Shown here one piece after another: positions 20,569 to 30,276 of a stretch of DNA of 64,000 nucleotides. This DNA is from a bacterium. GTDB lineage: Bacteria; DRYD01. Position numbers and translations under genes: made by a program. The notes beneath the pieces are model-generated. The model did no database searches and had not been told where the DNA came from. It saw nothing but the letters and a program-made list of their open reading frames with translations. The stretch's first letter is position 1. Each line of letters opens with the position of its first letter. The DNA lies in assembly GCA_039630415.1 (NCBI GenBank), contig JBCNVB010000025.1, positions 1-64,000 on the forward strand, in the 5' to 3' direction.

Positions 20569-21144
20569 CTACACTTCATGTTCTGAACTTACTGTTTGGT
20601 CTTGATCATAATTGTTATTCCCTGGTTGAGATGGAGGACGAGGATTATAATAAAGTTCTTGAACAAAATAAACAGGAAAAACGAAATCTGTCTTTGCTCT
20701 TTTTCTAGTGGATAAAATTTTGTAATTTATAATACATTTATAGTATATTTTATAGATCTTCTTATCGTTTGATGGATCTTCATCTTGCTCATCCCCATCA
20801 ATCTGCTTATTTGCCAAATGCAATCTTCGCACCTCTTGTGGTGATAACTTTTCCACTGATATTTCCTCTATCTCTATCTCCCTTAAATCTTGATCACGCT
20901 TTAAATTATTTCTTATAACTTCGTAAACTATAGTAGCTATGTCTTGTCCATAAAGCACATAACCCTGCATACGTGAAAAATACAAATATATTTGAAACTC
21001 AGCTTTTTTAGATATTACATCACCAAACATTGTCTTATATTGAGCGATTTGAATAGAGTAAACCGCAATAAGAAAAACAGTTATAGCCAAAGCTACTATA
21101 CCTATACACGTCATAATCTCAATTAAAGTAAAACCTTTCCTCAT
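20569..21144 (-). CDS. prepilin-type N-terminal cleavage/methylation domain protein
   Basis: MRKGFTLIEI class III signal. Confidence 0.85.
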   Translation of the reverse strand: MRKGFTLIEIMTCIGIVALAITVFLIAVYSIQIAQYKTMFGDVISKKAEFQIYLYFSRMQGYVLYGQDIATIVYEVIRNNLKRDQDLREIEIEEISVEKLSPQEVRRLHLANKQIDGDEQDEDPSNDKKIYKIYYKCIINYKILSTRKRAKTDFVFPVYFVQELYYNPRPPSQPGNNNYDQDQTVSSEHEV

Positions 21145-21146
21145 TA

Positions 21147-22034
21147 CTATTCCTCCCTAATTCCTCTTACCGTAATACCACGAAGATTAGCTTTAACTTT
21201 AGTATTAACATTAATTGAGTAGTTTACTTCAGCACGATAATGATATATGAAGGATTCTGGTTCTTCATCCCCATCCTGATTAATCGCATCCCTTCTAATA
21301 ATTTGACCTGGGTGGACCTTCGGCAAAAAAGTTGTGAGCTTATAGCTTACTGATACATCATACTTTGCTTCTAACTCATACTTTTTCAAAACATCTACAC
21401 CACTTTTTGTCCTTCTAACGTGTATTATGTACTTTATGGTGTATTGGGAATTTGAAGAGGAAAAAGAATTAATATCTTCTTTAGGTCCATATATCGATAT
21501 ATCAAAACTATGAAAAACATCATATGTATATTCTTTCAATTCATCCACAATGGACTGCTTTAAGTGTTGTATAAACATTTCCTGCCTTCTGTTTTTTAAA
21601 TCTTCAACTTGCTGTGAAATCGATTGTGTATAAGTATGCGTACTCCCACCCGCTTTAGCAACTATTCTAATCTCTGCATCGTTAATATCTACATCTTCAA
21701 CTATCAAGTTTGAACTTGAATTATCTCTTTCTTGCCATTCAAAGCTTGCACTTCCTGTTATAGCCGGTAAATTCACATTTGCCGAAAATGATCTTATCTG
21801 ACGAGGCAACCTAAATTTTTTATCAAAATTATTTACCAAGTAGATGGTAGAGAAAGCCTCCCTAAAAGCAAGCGATACCCTACTATAGTTCTGCTTCTCA
21901 TACCTGGATATTAACAGTATCCTTTTGTTATAAGTATACAGTATTCCTACTATAGATGATATAAAAGCCACCATAAAAAGAGCAAGCAGTAAAGCACTAC
22001 CCTTAACCCTAAATCCCATTCTTTTCAAGCTCAT
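21147..22034 (-). CDS. PilX/GspK-like minor pilin
   Basis: KGSALLLALF N-terminus lacking Glu5, typical of PilX; adjacent to two prepilins. Confidence 0.65.
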   Translation of the reverse strand: MSLKRMGFRVKGSALLLALFMVAFISSIVGILYTYNKRILLISRYEKQNYSRVSLAFREAFSTIYLVNNFDKKFRLPRQIRSFSANVNLPAITGSASFEWQERDNSSSNLIVEDVDINDAEIRIVAKAGGSTHTYTQSISQQVEDLKNRRQEMFIQHLKQSIVDELKEYTYDVFHSFDISIYGPKEDINSFSSSNSQYTIKYIIHVRRTKSGVDVLKKYELEAKYDVSVSYKLTTFLPKVHPGQIIRRDAINQDGDEEPESFIYHYRAEVNYSINVNTKVKANLRGITVRGIREE

Positions 22035-22151
22035 TTCTTTTCCTCCACAACTCTTAGATTACCCCAATAATTCAATAGAAATCCTTATTACTAAACACCT
22101 TAGACAATTATTAAAAATTAACATTTTTTTTACTTAATAGCTAAACATAAT

Positions 22152-22493
22152 TTACACTTTTTTAACAATGAAAATAAAATTATAACAAACATCTGCCTTT
22201 TTTAATAAACAAAAGCTCCAATTGCTGAAAAAATAGATAATCGAATTTCTTATTTTCCTTCTAATTAAGTTTCTCAAAAAAGCCTTACCAACTTTTTTGG
22301 ATACTACTATAGCATATTTAATGCAAGGTAAAGCATTGCTTTGAACAAATATTTTAACCTTTATCTTCAAGTTTTGCAATTTGTAAACCCTTAAAATATC
22401 AGGATTACACTTCGTAAGGAAAAACTCCATTTCTTTGGAGTTGAGAGAAAAAATTTTGAGTATTTTGTAGCCAACTTTTATTCTATGTTCCAA
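22152..22493 (-). CDS. rnpA: ribonuclease P protein component (divergent)
   Basis: IVVSKKVGKAFLRNLIRRKIR, an RNR-type motif. Confidence 0.75.
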   Translation of the reverse strand: MEHRIKVGYKILKIFSLNSKEMEFFLTKCNPDILRVYKLQNLKIKVKIFVQSNALPCIKYAIVVSKKVGKAFLRNLIRRKIRNSIIYFFSNWSFCLLKKADVCYNFIFIVKKV

Positions 22494-23506
22494 ATCCTAT
22501 TTCCCTCTTCTTGAGAAGGATAGACATCAAAACTTTGATCTATATTGCAGTTTGATAGAAATAGGAAAGTGGAAGCTATAGCTACCATAGCTGCATTATC
22601 AGTACACAAAGAAACTGGAGGCACCCTAATCCTTAACCCCAAATCTTTCGAAAGTTTATCCAATTCTTGCCTTAGAAAAGAGTTTGCAGCTACACCCCCA
22701 CCAATCAAAATCTCACTAACGCCAAACTCCCTTACCATCATCTGAAGTTTGTTTATAATATGCTTTATAGCAGAGTACCTAAAATAAAAACAAATTTCCT
22801 CTACATCAAAATCTTTCTTATCTTTCAAATACCTCATCACAGCAGTTTTTAATCCACTATAGCTAAAGCTGTAGCCAGATGGATCAGGAACAGGAAAAAG
22901 GGGAGAAAAATTTTTCATCCTTTTTTCATATGAGTTTGCTAGTTTGTCGATAATAGGTCCCCCAGGAAAACCAAGCCCTAACATCCTTGCAACTTTGTCA
23001 AAAGCCTCACCCACAGCATCATCCAATGTACCTGATATAGACCTTATCTTCAAAGGCAATAAACTATCAATCAGGAAAGCATTTGTATGACCCCCAGAAA
23101 TAACCAAACCAAGATATCTAGAACAATCCTCAGGTATCTTTGTAAAGTTTACCAAAATATGAGCCCATAAATGATTTACAGGCATAACCGGCTTATCTAT
23201 TAAGCCAGATATCACTTTTGCCACAGCAACCCCACACGCTAAAGCACCCACCAAACCAGGATATGCACTAACACCCACCAAATCGATTTTCTCAAAATCA
23301 TCTATAACCTCTAAAGCCTTGGATAAAATTGGTACCAAATTTTCTTGATGCTTCCTAAATGCTTGCTCAGGATACACACCACCAAATAACTGATGTATAT
23401 CCTGCGATAAAACAACGTTTGATAATATTTCAAACCTTCTATTACTATACCTTACTAAACTTACTGATGTTTCATCACAAGTAGTTTCTATTCCAAGAAC
23501 TATCAT
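22478..23506 (-). CDS. tsaD: tRNA N6-adenosine threonylcarbamoyltransferase
   Basis: LGIETTCDET, HLWAH, SGGHT, DDAVGEAFDK, GGVAAN, CTDNAAM. Confidence 0.96.
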   Translation of the reverse strand: MIVLGIETTCDETSVSLVRYSNRRFEILSNVVLSQDIHQLFGGVYPEQAFRKHQENLVPILSKALEVIDDFEKIDLVGVSAYPGLVGALACGVAVAKVISGLIDKPVMPVNHLWAHILVNFTKIPEDCSRYLGLVISGGHTNAFLIDSLLPLKIRSISGTLDDAVGEAFDKVARMLGLGFPGGPIIDKLANSYEKRMKNFSPLFPVPDPSGYSFSYSGLKTAVMRYLKDKKDFDVEEICFYFRYSAIKHIINKLQMMVREFGVSEILIGGGVAANSFLRQELDKLSKDLGLRIRVPPVSLCTDNAAMVAIASTFLFLSNCNIDQSFDVYPSQEEGNRIWNIE

Positions 23507-23520
23507 TACCTGTCATAAAA

Positions 23521-24144
23521 TTATCCTATGAATTCGTTCTTCATCTTTATGATTTCAAGAAACTCTTCCCTAGTTTTTGGATCATTTTTGAATTGACCAA
23601 CAAGACAACTCGAAATAGTATGAGAATTTTGTTTCTCAACTCCTCTCATCATCATGCATAAATGATACCCATCTACCACCACAGCTACTCCTATAGGATT
23701 TAATACTTCCTGAATAGCAAAAGCTATCTGACTAGTAAGTCTTTCCTGAATCTGTAATCTTCTTGCATACATGTCAACGATTTTGGCAAACTTGGATAAA
23801 CCCAAAATCTTCTTATCCGGTATATAACCTATATGTACAACACCAAAAAAAGGTAATAAATGATGCTCACATAAAGAGTAAAACTCAATATTCTTAACCA
23901 CAACCATATTACTACTTTCAGCATGGAATATTGCACCATTTACTACTTGTGAAAGAGTTTCGTTATAACCCTTAAGTAAAAAAGCCCAAGATTTTGCAAC
24001 CCTTAAAGGAGTATCCCTTAAACCTTCCCTATTTACGTCCTCACCAATTAAACCCAAAAAATCTGTAAATAAATCCTTTAATTTATCAACATCTATATTC
24101 GTTTGATAATCTATCGTCAATTCCTCATCAAAAACTCTTTTCAT
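23521..24144 (-). CDS. folE: GTP cyclohydrolase I
   Basis: [29 protein letters not shown]. Confidence 0.96.
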   Translation of the reverse strand: MKRVFDEELTIDYQTNIDVDKLKDLFTDFLGLIGEDVNREGLRDTPLRVAKSWAFLLKGYNETLSQVVNGAIFHAESSNMVVVKNIEFYSLCEHHLLPFFGVVHIGYIPDKKILGLSKFAKIVDMYARRLQIQERLTSQIAFAIQEVLNPIGVAVVVDGYHLCMMMRGVEKQNSHTISSCLVGQFKNDPKTREEFLEIIKMKNEFIG

Positions 24145-24340
24145 ATCCTTCTCCTTTATTGTGAAATATTCAAAAATATTCCACTTTTGACAATTCTATA
24201 ATAACACTTATATTACCTCCTACCAAAGTAAATCATTTTTATCAAATTTTAACTATTTTTTAACATCTCCATTTGATAAAACTTTCTTTTTATTAGTACT
24301 TCAATAAATGGTAAATCACAATAACAGGAGGGTAAGTAAA

Positions 24341-25585
24341 ATGATAGGACCCGTATCTATAAGAACATTAGATCAAACATTACCTAACACTCCAACTCCT
24401 AACACTAATCAAACAAATATAAAAGAGCCAGAATCAAACCAACCTGATACTAACTACACAGAAAATCAAGAAGTTGAAAAGAAATGGCTAGTTATTGTAT
24501 ATGCAGCGGGCGACAATGATCTTTCCAGCTACCTTTTTGAAGATATAGATGAATTGGAAACAGTTGGCTCAGATAAAAATACTCACATTATTTCAATTCT
24601 AGATCAAGGTAAATATGGTACACAATTTAAAGGAGCAAGAATATTTTATCTTCAAAAAGATAAACAATTAGGTAAAATAAACTCACCTGTAATACAAAAT
24701 CTTTCACAAATCAATCTAGCAGACCCTAAAACAATGGGTAAACTAATAGGGGAACTCATGAGTAAGTACCCCTCTACCCACGTAGCAGTTATCCTGTCTG
24801 ATCATGGTTCAGGGTGGCAAGGAGCAATTGAAGATGATTTTCCTAAAAAATCATTCATGACACTACAGCAAATAAAAGAAGCTTTATCTACCGCTTTAGA
24901 AATAGCAGGTAGAAAGATAGATGTTTTAGGATGGGATGCATGCTTAATGGCTATGGCAGAAGTAGGCTATGAACTCAAAGATTTTGCAAAATATATGGTA
25001 GCTAGCGAACAACTTGAAGGAGCAGATGGCTGGCCCTACAGCAGAATCTTCGCCTCCACTCTCAAACATATCATATCCACACTCCAAAAAGAAATACAAA
25101 CAAATATCGAACATCAACCCAAAGATCTAGCAGAAACTATAGTTAAAGAGGCTCAGAATTTCAGCCACTCAATAAAAACTTTATCAGCAGTAGACCTTGA
25201 AAAAGCACAACTCGTAGCAACTAAACTAGATGAACTAGCTAAAGAAATTATAAATGATCCTTCATCTTTTTCACAAATAATACGAGCTATGAGAAGAACA
25301 GAAAGATTTTACCAAAACTTTAGAGATCTGGGTCACTTTGCACAACTAATCCAGACTCTTAATGTAAATCCAAACATTAAAACGAAAGCCCAAGAACTAG
25401 AACAAGCTCTAAAAGAATACGTCATAAAAGAATTTCATACCGATGATCATCCCAACGCTACTGGTGTATCCATCGAAATGCCCGTAAACTCTAAACCTAC
25501 TTCCGACTATCTAAAAACTTCACTGGCTCAAAATACTTCATGGGATGAAATGTTAACAGCTATGTTTACCGCCCCGAGAACATAA
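24341..25585 (+). CDS. clostripain-family (C11) cysteine peptidase
   Basis: VYAAGDNDL, SDHGSGW (His), DACLM (Cys), ASE. Start moved to ATG 24341, which follows the SD AGGAGGG. Confidence 0.88.
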   Translation: MIGPVSIRTLDQTLPNTPTPNTNQTNIKEPESNQPDTNYTENQEVEKKWLVIVYAAGDNDLSSYLFEDIDELETVGSDKNTHIISILDQGKYGTQFKGARIFYLQKDKQLGKINSPVIQNLSQINLADPKTMGKLIGELMSKYPSTHVAVILSDHGSGWQGAIEDDFPKKSFMTLQQIKEALSTALEIAGRKIDVLGWDACLMAMAEVGYELKDFAKYMVASEQLEGADGWPYSRIFASTLKHIISTLQKEIQTNIEHQPKDLAETIVKEAQNFSHSIKTLSAVDLEKAQLVATKLDELAKEIINDPSSFSQIIRAMRRTERFYQNFRDLGHFAQLIQTLNVNPNIKTKAQELEQALKEYVIKEFHTDDHPNATGVSIEMPVNSKPTSDYLKTSLAQNTSWDEMLTAMFTAPRT

Positions 25586-26087
25586 ACATTCCCCAAACCG
25601 AATTAGCAAGGCTTAAAACTAAACCAATTATACTTAGAATAATACCGACAAAGGGGAGGAATAAAAAACGCTTATTTCTTGTCATAAATCCGGCAGCAGA
25701 GATAGCTGCTCCCATAAGTGACATGGGACATCCACAAATAGGTAAAATCGCACCACAAATACTAAGAACTCCTATAGCAGTACCCGCTACTGCAAACCAA
25801 AAACCCGTATCGTAATCTTGGTAGGCAGAAGAGGGCAAAGTATTAGGTGCAGGAGGAGTAGTAGCGTAATTTGATTGATAATTTGGAGGATAATTTGGAG
25901 GATAATTCGGAGGCGGAGGGGGATATCCCATTTGTTCAGGAGGTACCGGCATACCAGATCCAGGAACAGTACCAAAACCCGTCGTAGTTCCACCCTGAGG
26001 ATAAGACAAGTTATTACCACAGTAAGGACAGACTTTAGCCGACTGATCAATAAAATTGTTACATCTGGGACAATTTATCATCTTCAA
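25566..26087 (-). CDS. zinc-ribbon, Pro-rich linker, membrane protein (DUF4190-like)
   Basis: CPRC...CPYCG, PPNY repeats, C-terminal TM helices. Confidence 0.75.
   Translation of the reverse strand: MKMINCPRCNNFIDQSAKVCPYCGNNLSYPQGGTTTGFGTVPGSGMPVPPEQMGYPPPPPNYPPNYPPNYQSNYATTPPAPNTLPSSAYQDYDTGFWFAVAGTAIGVLSICGAILPICGCPMSLMGAAISAAGFMTRNKRFLFLPFVGIILSIIGLVLSLANSVWGMFMFSGR
25877..25912. repeat. 12-bp tandem repeat x3 (encodes PPNY)
   Basis: gataatttggag gataatttggag gataattcggag. Confidence 0.8.
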
Positions 26088-26099
26088 CTCCCCTCATAA

Positions 26100-26957
26100 C
26101 TAGTTTCCTACTCCAGGTACCCACATAGTTTTTATCTCCAAGAACTTCTCTATCCAACTTATTCCTTCAGATTTACTATCCTCAAAAAAATCTTCATAGG
26201 ATAAGTTATCAACTTTAATCCTCTTTAGATTCAGTGATCCACCTTGAACTATTTTATCGATTATTTCCTTATCAGAACCTATAAAATGAATCAAATCTAT
26301 ATCCATATGTTTAGATAGGTGATCTATAAGCTCATTATTAGTCTGTGTGAGTATGTTAATTACGCCTGGAGGTACGTCAGAAGCTAATATAATCTCGCTA
26401 AAAGTTAAGACAGGTAAAGGATTATCCGATAAAACAGAAACTACTACATTACCAACAGTAATCGTAGGTATAACCTGAGTGATAAAAGATAGAAGAGGAG
26501 GGTTAGAGGGTGTAATGCAACAAACCACCCCAACTGGTTCAGGAACAGAGTAGTTAATAAAAGGAGTAGATACAGAATTGACAGTGCCGAGAATGTGAGA
26601 GTACTTGTCTGCCCAACCAGCATAATGGATAAGTCTATCAATAACTTTTTGTACTTCTTCAGAGTGATTCTTAACCCCATGTTTTTTTAGCTCATTGGCT
26701 AATTCATACTTTCTATTTTCAGTTTCTTCTGCCATTCTATATATTATTTGTCCTCTATTGTAAGGACTTTTATTTTCCCAAGTTTGTAGGGCATTTTTTG
26801 CAACCCTTACCGCATCCCTTAAATCCTTCTTCGTGCATCTGGGAACATTTGCAATAAATTTACCAGAACTATCAAAAACTTTATAGGTTCTATTACTCTC
26901 ACTTCTTACTAACTGACCATTTATCAAAATTTTGTAAGTCTTATATACTTCCGTCAC
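26100..26957 (-). CDS. short aldehyde dehydrogenase-family protein (Rossmann domain only)
   Basis: KTYKILINGQ.VRSES, YAGWADK, PEPVGV, PPGVINILT, EIKTMW; no Cys catalytic domain in 285 aa. Confidence 0.85.
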   Translation of the reverse strand: MTEVYKTYKILINGQLVRSESNRTYKVFDSSGKFIANVPRCTKKDLRDAVRVAKNALQTWENKSPYNRGQIIYRMAEETENRKYELANELKKHGVKNHSEEVQKVIDRLIHYAGWADKYSHILGTVNSVSTPFINYSVPEPVGVVCCITPSNPPLLSFITQVIPTITVGNVVVSVLSDNPLPVLTFSEIILASDVPPGVINILTQTNNELIDHLSKHMDIDLIHFIGSDKEIIDKIVQGGSLNLKRIKVDNLSYEDFFEDSKSEGISWIEKFLEIKTMWVPGVGN

Positions 26958-27089
26958 TGTTTCTATAATTCTTCAGAAACTTACATACTCCCTTCGTAGA
27001 AAAACTATAAAAAAGGTTTTATGTGAACATTTTAGAATATAGTTTTTAGAAGCAGAACATTTCGATGGCGAAAAATTTCTAAAAAAATT

Positions 27090-27869
27090 ATGATAGATAT
27101 CTCATATTTTCAGGAAAACAATATTCACGGAGATGATAGTTATTTTATTCATAAAACAGATGAATTTTTATTTGTTGGATTATCAGATGGAGTTTCCTCA
27201 AATAGGCTAGGTAAAGTATGTTCCTATCTCGCTATGGAAAAAATACATATGCATATTAGCAGTAAAAACTTTATCGAAAACCTTAGAAGAGAAATAGATA
27301 ATCAAAGAGATGTAAAAGAACTAATCAGTAGTATCTTGGAAATTAGTCTACATGAAGTAATGGAAGACTTTAAGCAAAACAAAATTCCTGCACACTTCAA
27401 AGAAATTGTAAAACAGCATCAATCTGATCCAAAAGGTACAATCCTTATAGGAATAATAGATTTGATAAACCTAAATCTATATACCTATTCTTTGGGGGAT
27501 AGCGAATGTTGGATAATAAGAAATAATTCTCTTCAAAGCCATACAGGATATTTGGTTAGTTCCAGCTCAAACGTCCTAACAACATACTTTAGCCTATCAG
27601 ATGGAATAGTTGGAAATCCCGATATATCGTCCAGGAAAATATACAACAAAGACATTATAGTATTCAACACCGACGGAGCAAAAGTTACATGGACATCAAA
27701 ATTTGGAGTACAAGGAGTTCCTTTCCTTAAAAACTTGTACGCTAACTTCACAGAAAGTGCACCCAATTGGATAAAATTCCTTAAACAAAACAACCTACTA
27801 CAAGATGATGCAACCCTAGTAATAGTCAAAATACAACAAACTATCAACAACCCTACCGATAAATTATGA
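27090..27869 (+). CDS. PP2C-family protein phosphatase
   Basis: DD, SDGVS, LGDS, TDG, QDDATLV motifs. Confidence 0.82.
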   Translation: MIDISYFQENNIHGDDSYFIHKTDEFLFVGLSDGVSSNRLGKVCSYLAMEKIHMHISSKNFIENLRREIDNQRDVKELISSILEISLHEVMEDFKQNKIPAHFKEIVKQHQSDPKGTILIGIIDLINLNLYTYSLGDSECWIIRNNSLQSHTGYLVSSSSNVLTTYFSLSDGIVGNPDISSRKIYNKDIIVFNTDGAKVTWTSKFGVQGVPFLKNLYANFTESAPNWIKFLKQNNLLQDDATLVIVKIQQTINNPTDKL

Positions 27870-29137
27870 AAATACCGCTCGTAATAAGAATATTAATGCA
27901 TACTATAATACCTTACTTCCTTTCCTTATCTATACTCTATCTAATAAACCATCTACAACAAATCATTCCAACAGAAGAAGAAAATATTAACATTCAAACA
28001 GTATATAGCTTACAAAATTACTACTCAAGTTTAGATATATATCAATCTCAATTCTTAACATTAAAACTCCTCCAAAACAATATAATCTCAGTTCTAGAAT
28101 TGCAAAACAACTTATACCTAATAAAACTAGACATATATGGGAACGTAGTCGTCGGAAAAAAAATAGATAATCATAAGTTGATAGAACTCAGCACTGATTC
28201 AAACAAAGTATACTGCAATATAATAACTCAAAATCTAGCACAAGAATCTAAAACCTTAACCTCAATCTTTTTTGATAATAACCTGAATCCTCTTAAATCA
28301 TACAAAATACAGGTTAATGAAGGCATAGAAATAACACCAATAAGCTTGCAAGAATCAGAGCTTATTTTTCTGTCAAATTTAGAAAAAACCTATATAGCCT
28401 TATGTTTACTAACCACCACCGGGATTCAAAAATTAGCTGAGTATAAATCAAACATTAAACTTGAAAAAATACATAATCAAGATCCCAAATTCATAGTCTT
28501 CCCACTAAATACCGAAACAAAAAACTCAGTCCTGATAATAGAAAAACCAAACTTCAACCAGTATACAATCGACCAGAACATAATATTAGAAAGTTACTAT
28601 TCTGACTACTCACACCTTTCCTTCATACTCAAAACACCAGATAACATCCCATACTTCGTAAAAATTCATAAAAAAAACAAATCAATTAAATCATACAAAA
28701 TAAATTCAAATCAGTTTAATATCTACAATCTTGATCACTTCTACGTATACGATATAATACATTTTACCAATCAGGAGGATAAATACATTATCTTTATTAG
28801 TAAAAACGGAGTAGTTTACAGAAAATTGAAGTTATCGGCAGGGGTTTCAGACTATAGAGTTTTCTCCAATTTAGGGGGTATATTTGTTTTATTCACTAAA
28901 GATAATTTTCCTTTCCTAGTCAGATTCTCACAGGATATCCAAGATACACAAACTCCTTACTTTACTGTATACTCAGCTTCAGAACTCGCATTTTCACTAG
29001 AAGAAGTCACAAAAACATTCACATTATCAAGAGTAGGAATTTTACAAAAATCAGATGACTTAAAAGTTAGAATTGAAGAAGAGCAAATAAATATACAAAC
29101 TGAAGAACCTTTTTCACGAACACAAGGAACATTCTAA
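27866..29137 (+). CDS. hypothetical membrane-anchored beta-rich protein
   Basis: N-terminal TM, 423 aa, coupled to the PP2C gene. Confidence 0.6.
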   Translation: MKIPLVIRILMHTIIPYFLSLSILYLINHLQQIIPTEEENINIQTVYSLQNYYSSLDIYQSQFLTLKLLQNNIISVLELQNNLYLIKLDIYGNVVVGKKIDNHKLIELSTDSNKVYCNIITQNLAQESKTLTSIFFDNNLNPLKSYKIQVNEGIEITPISLQESELIFLSNLEKTYIALCLLTTTGIQKLAEYKSNIKLEKIHNQDPKFIVFPLNTETKNSVLIIEKPNFNQYTIDQNIILESYYSDYSHLSFILKTPDNIPYFVKIHKKNKSIKSYKINSNQFNIYNLDHFYVYDIIHFTNQEDKYIIFISKNGVVYRKLKLSAGVSDYRVFSNLGGIFVLFTKDNFPFLVRFSQDIQDTQTPYFTVYSASELAFSLEEVTKTFTLSRVGILQKSDDLKVRIEEEQINIQTEEPFSRTQGTF

Positions 29138-29146
29138 AAATTCCTT

Positions 29147-30250
29147 CTACAAATTTTCAAAAATCTCTTTGATTTTACTCTCCTCAAAATCGAAAATTTG
29201 CAAAGTTTCAATCAATATAGGTTTTCCAAGTATCGGTACCCTATAAATATTAAGATAATCGTTCTCAACTATGAAAAACAATGAAAATTCTAAAGTATCA
29301 AAAAAACGAATAGACATAATATCAATAGATCTTTGAATCTCGTATTCTACAAAAGAATGTGCCTGCTTAATCTCATTCTCTATCTTATCAAATATTTTCT
29401 CTATCTTACTAACCCACTCATTGAATTCTAAAACATAAGAAAAATCAATATCTATCTTCAAAGTAGATAAATATGAAATAATTTCATAGGTGCTCTGAAA
29501 CCTTTTGTAATTATCCACTTCAGCACACTTGAGTATAACCTTCAAAATTTCCTCATCTACTTTCCCTTTGCTAACATCAAAACACTCATTAATGTATTTC
29601 TTGTAAGATTCATAATCAAAATAACTTTCCTGGTTATATGGTTTTATACGAGATATAATTTCAAGAAAAGTTATTCCCAATGAAAAGATATCATTTGAAG
29701 GATGGGGAGGTAAAATCTGATATTGCTCAGGAGGAGAGTAACCAGGACTTACAAATATTACACCCCTCTTTAAAAAGTTCGATATACCAAAATCAATTAC
29801 TTTAACCATATCATTAGTTATATCCACCAAAATATTCGAAGGCTTAATATCCCTGTGAATTATAGATCTCGAATGTAAATAATCTATCGCATTAACAGAC
29901 ATCAAAAAGTATTTTATAAGCTTTTCCTGATTTATATCATCTTCAAAATAGCTCCTTATATCTTTACCCTCTATAAATTCCATCACATAGAAAAAGTTGT
30001 TATTAAAATAAAAGCTATCATAAAATTTTGAAACGTTTGGATGCCTCATAGACTTCAAAATAGATATCTCTGATATAAAGCTCTCTATAAACAAGTCCCT
30101 GTAATTCTCAAATTTCAGTTGTTTAATAGCAAAAATTTTGGGTATTTTCAGATGTCTTACTTTGTAAACATTACCCATACCACCAGAGTTAATGAGCTCT
30201 ATAACCTCGTATGTATTCAGAATAATCTCACCTGGATTAAAAATCTTCAT
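29147..30250 (-). CDS. Ser/Thr protein kinase (soluble)
   Basis: SGGMGNVY, AIK, HRDIKPSN, DFG, GYSPPEQ. Confidence 0.92.
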   Translation of the reverse strand: MKIFNPGEIILNTYEVIELINSGGMGNVYKVRHLKIPKIFAIKQLKFENYRDLFIESFISEISILKSMRHPNVSKFYDSFYFNNNFFYVMEFIEGKDIRSYFEDDINQEKLIKYFLMSVNAIDYLHSRSIIHRDIKPSNILVDITNDMVKVIDFGISNFLKRGVIFVSPGYSPPEQYQILPPHPSNDIFSLGITFLEIISRIKPYNQESYFDYESYKKYINECFDVSKGKVDEEILKVILKCAEVDNYKRFQSTYEIISYLSTLKIDIDFSYVLEFNEWVSKIEKIFDKIENEIKQAHSFVEYEIQRSIDIMSIRFFDTLEFSLFFIVENDYLNIYRVPILGKPILIETLQIFDFEESKIKEIFENL

Positions 30251-30276
30251 AAAATCTCCCTTTCATTCTAAGTACT

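Noticed and set aside
26958-27000. Remnant of a full-length ALDH C-terminus (RREYVSF*) upstream of the short ALDH
   Set aside because: Too short to distinguish from chance.
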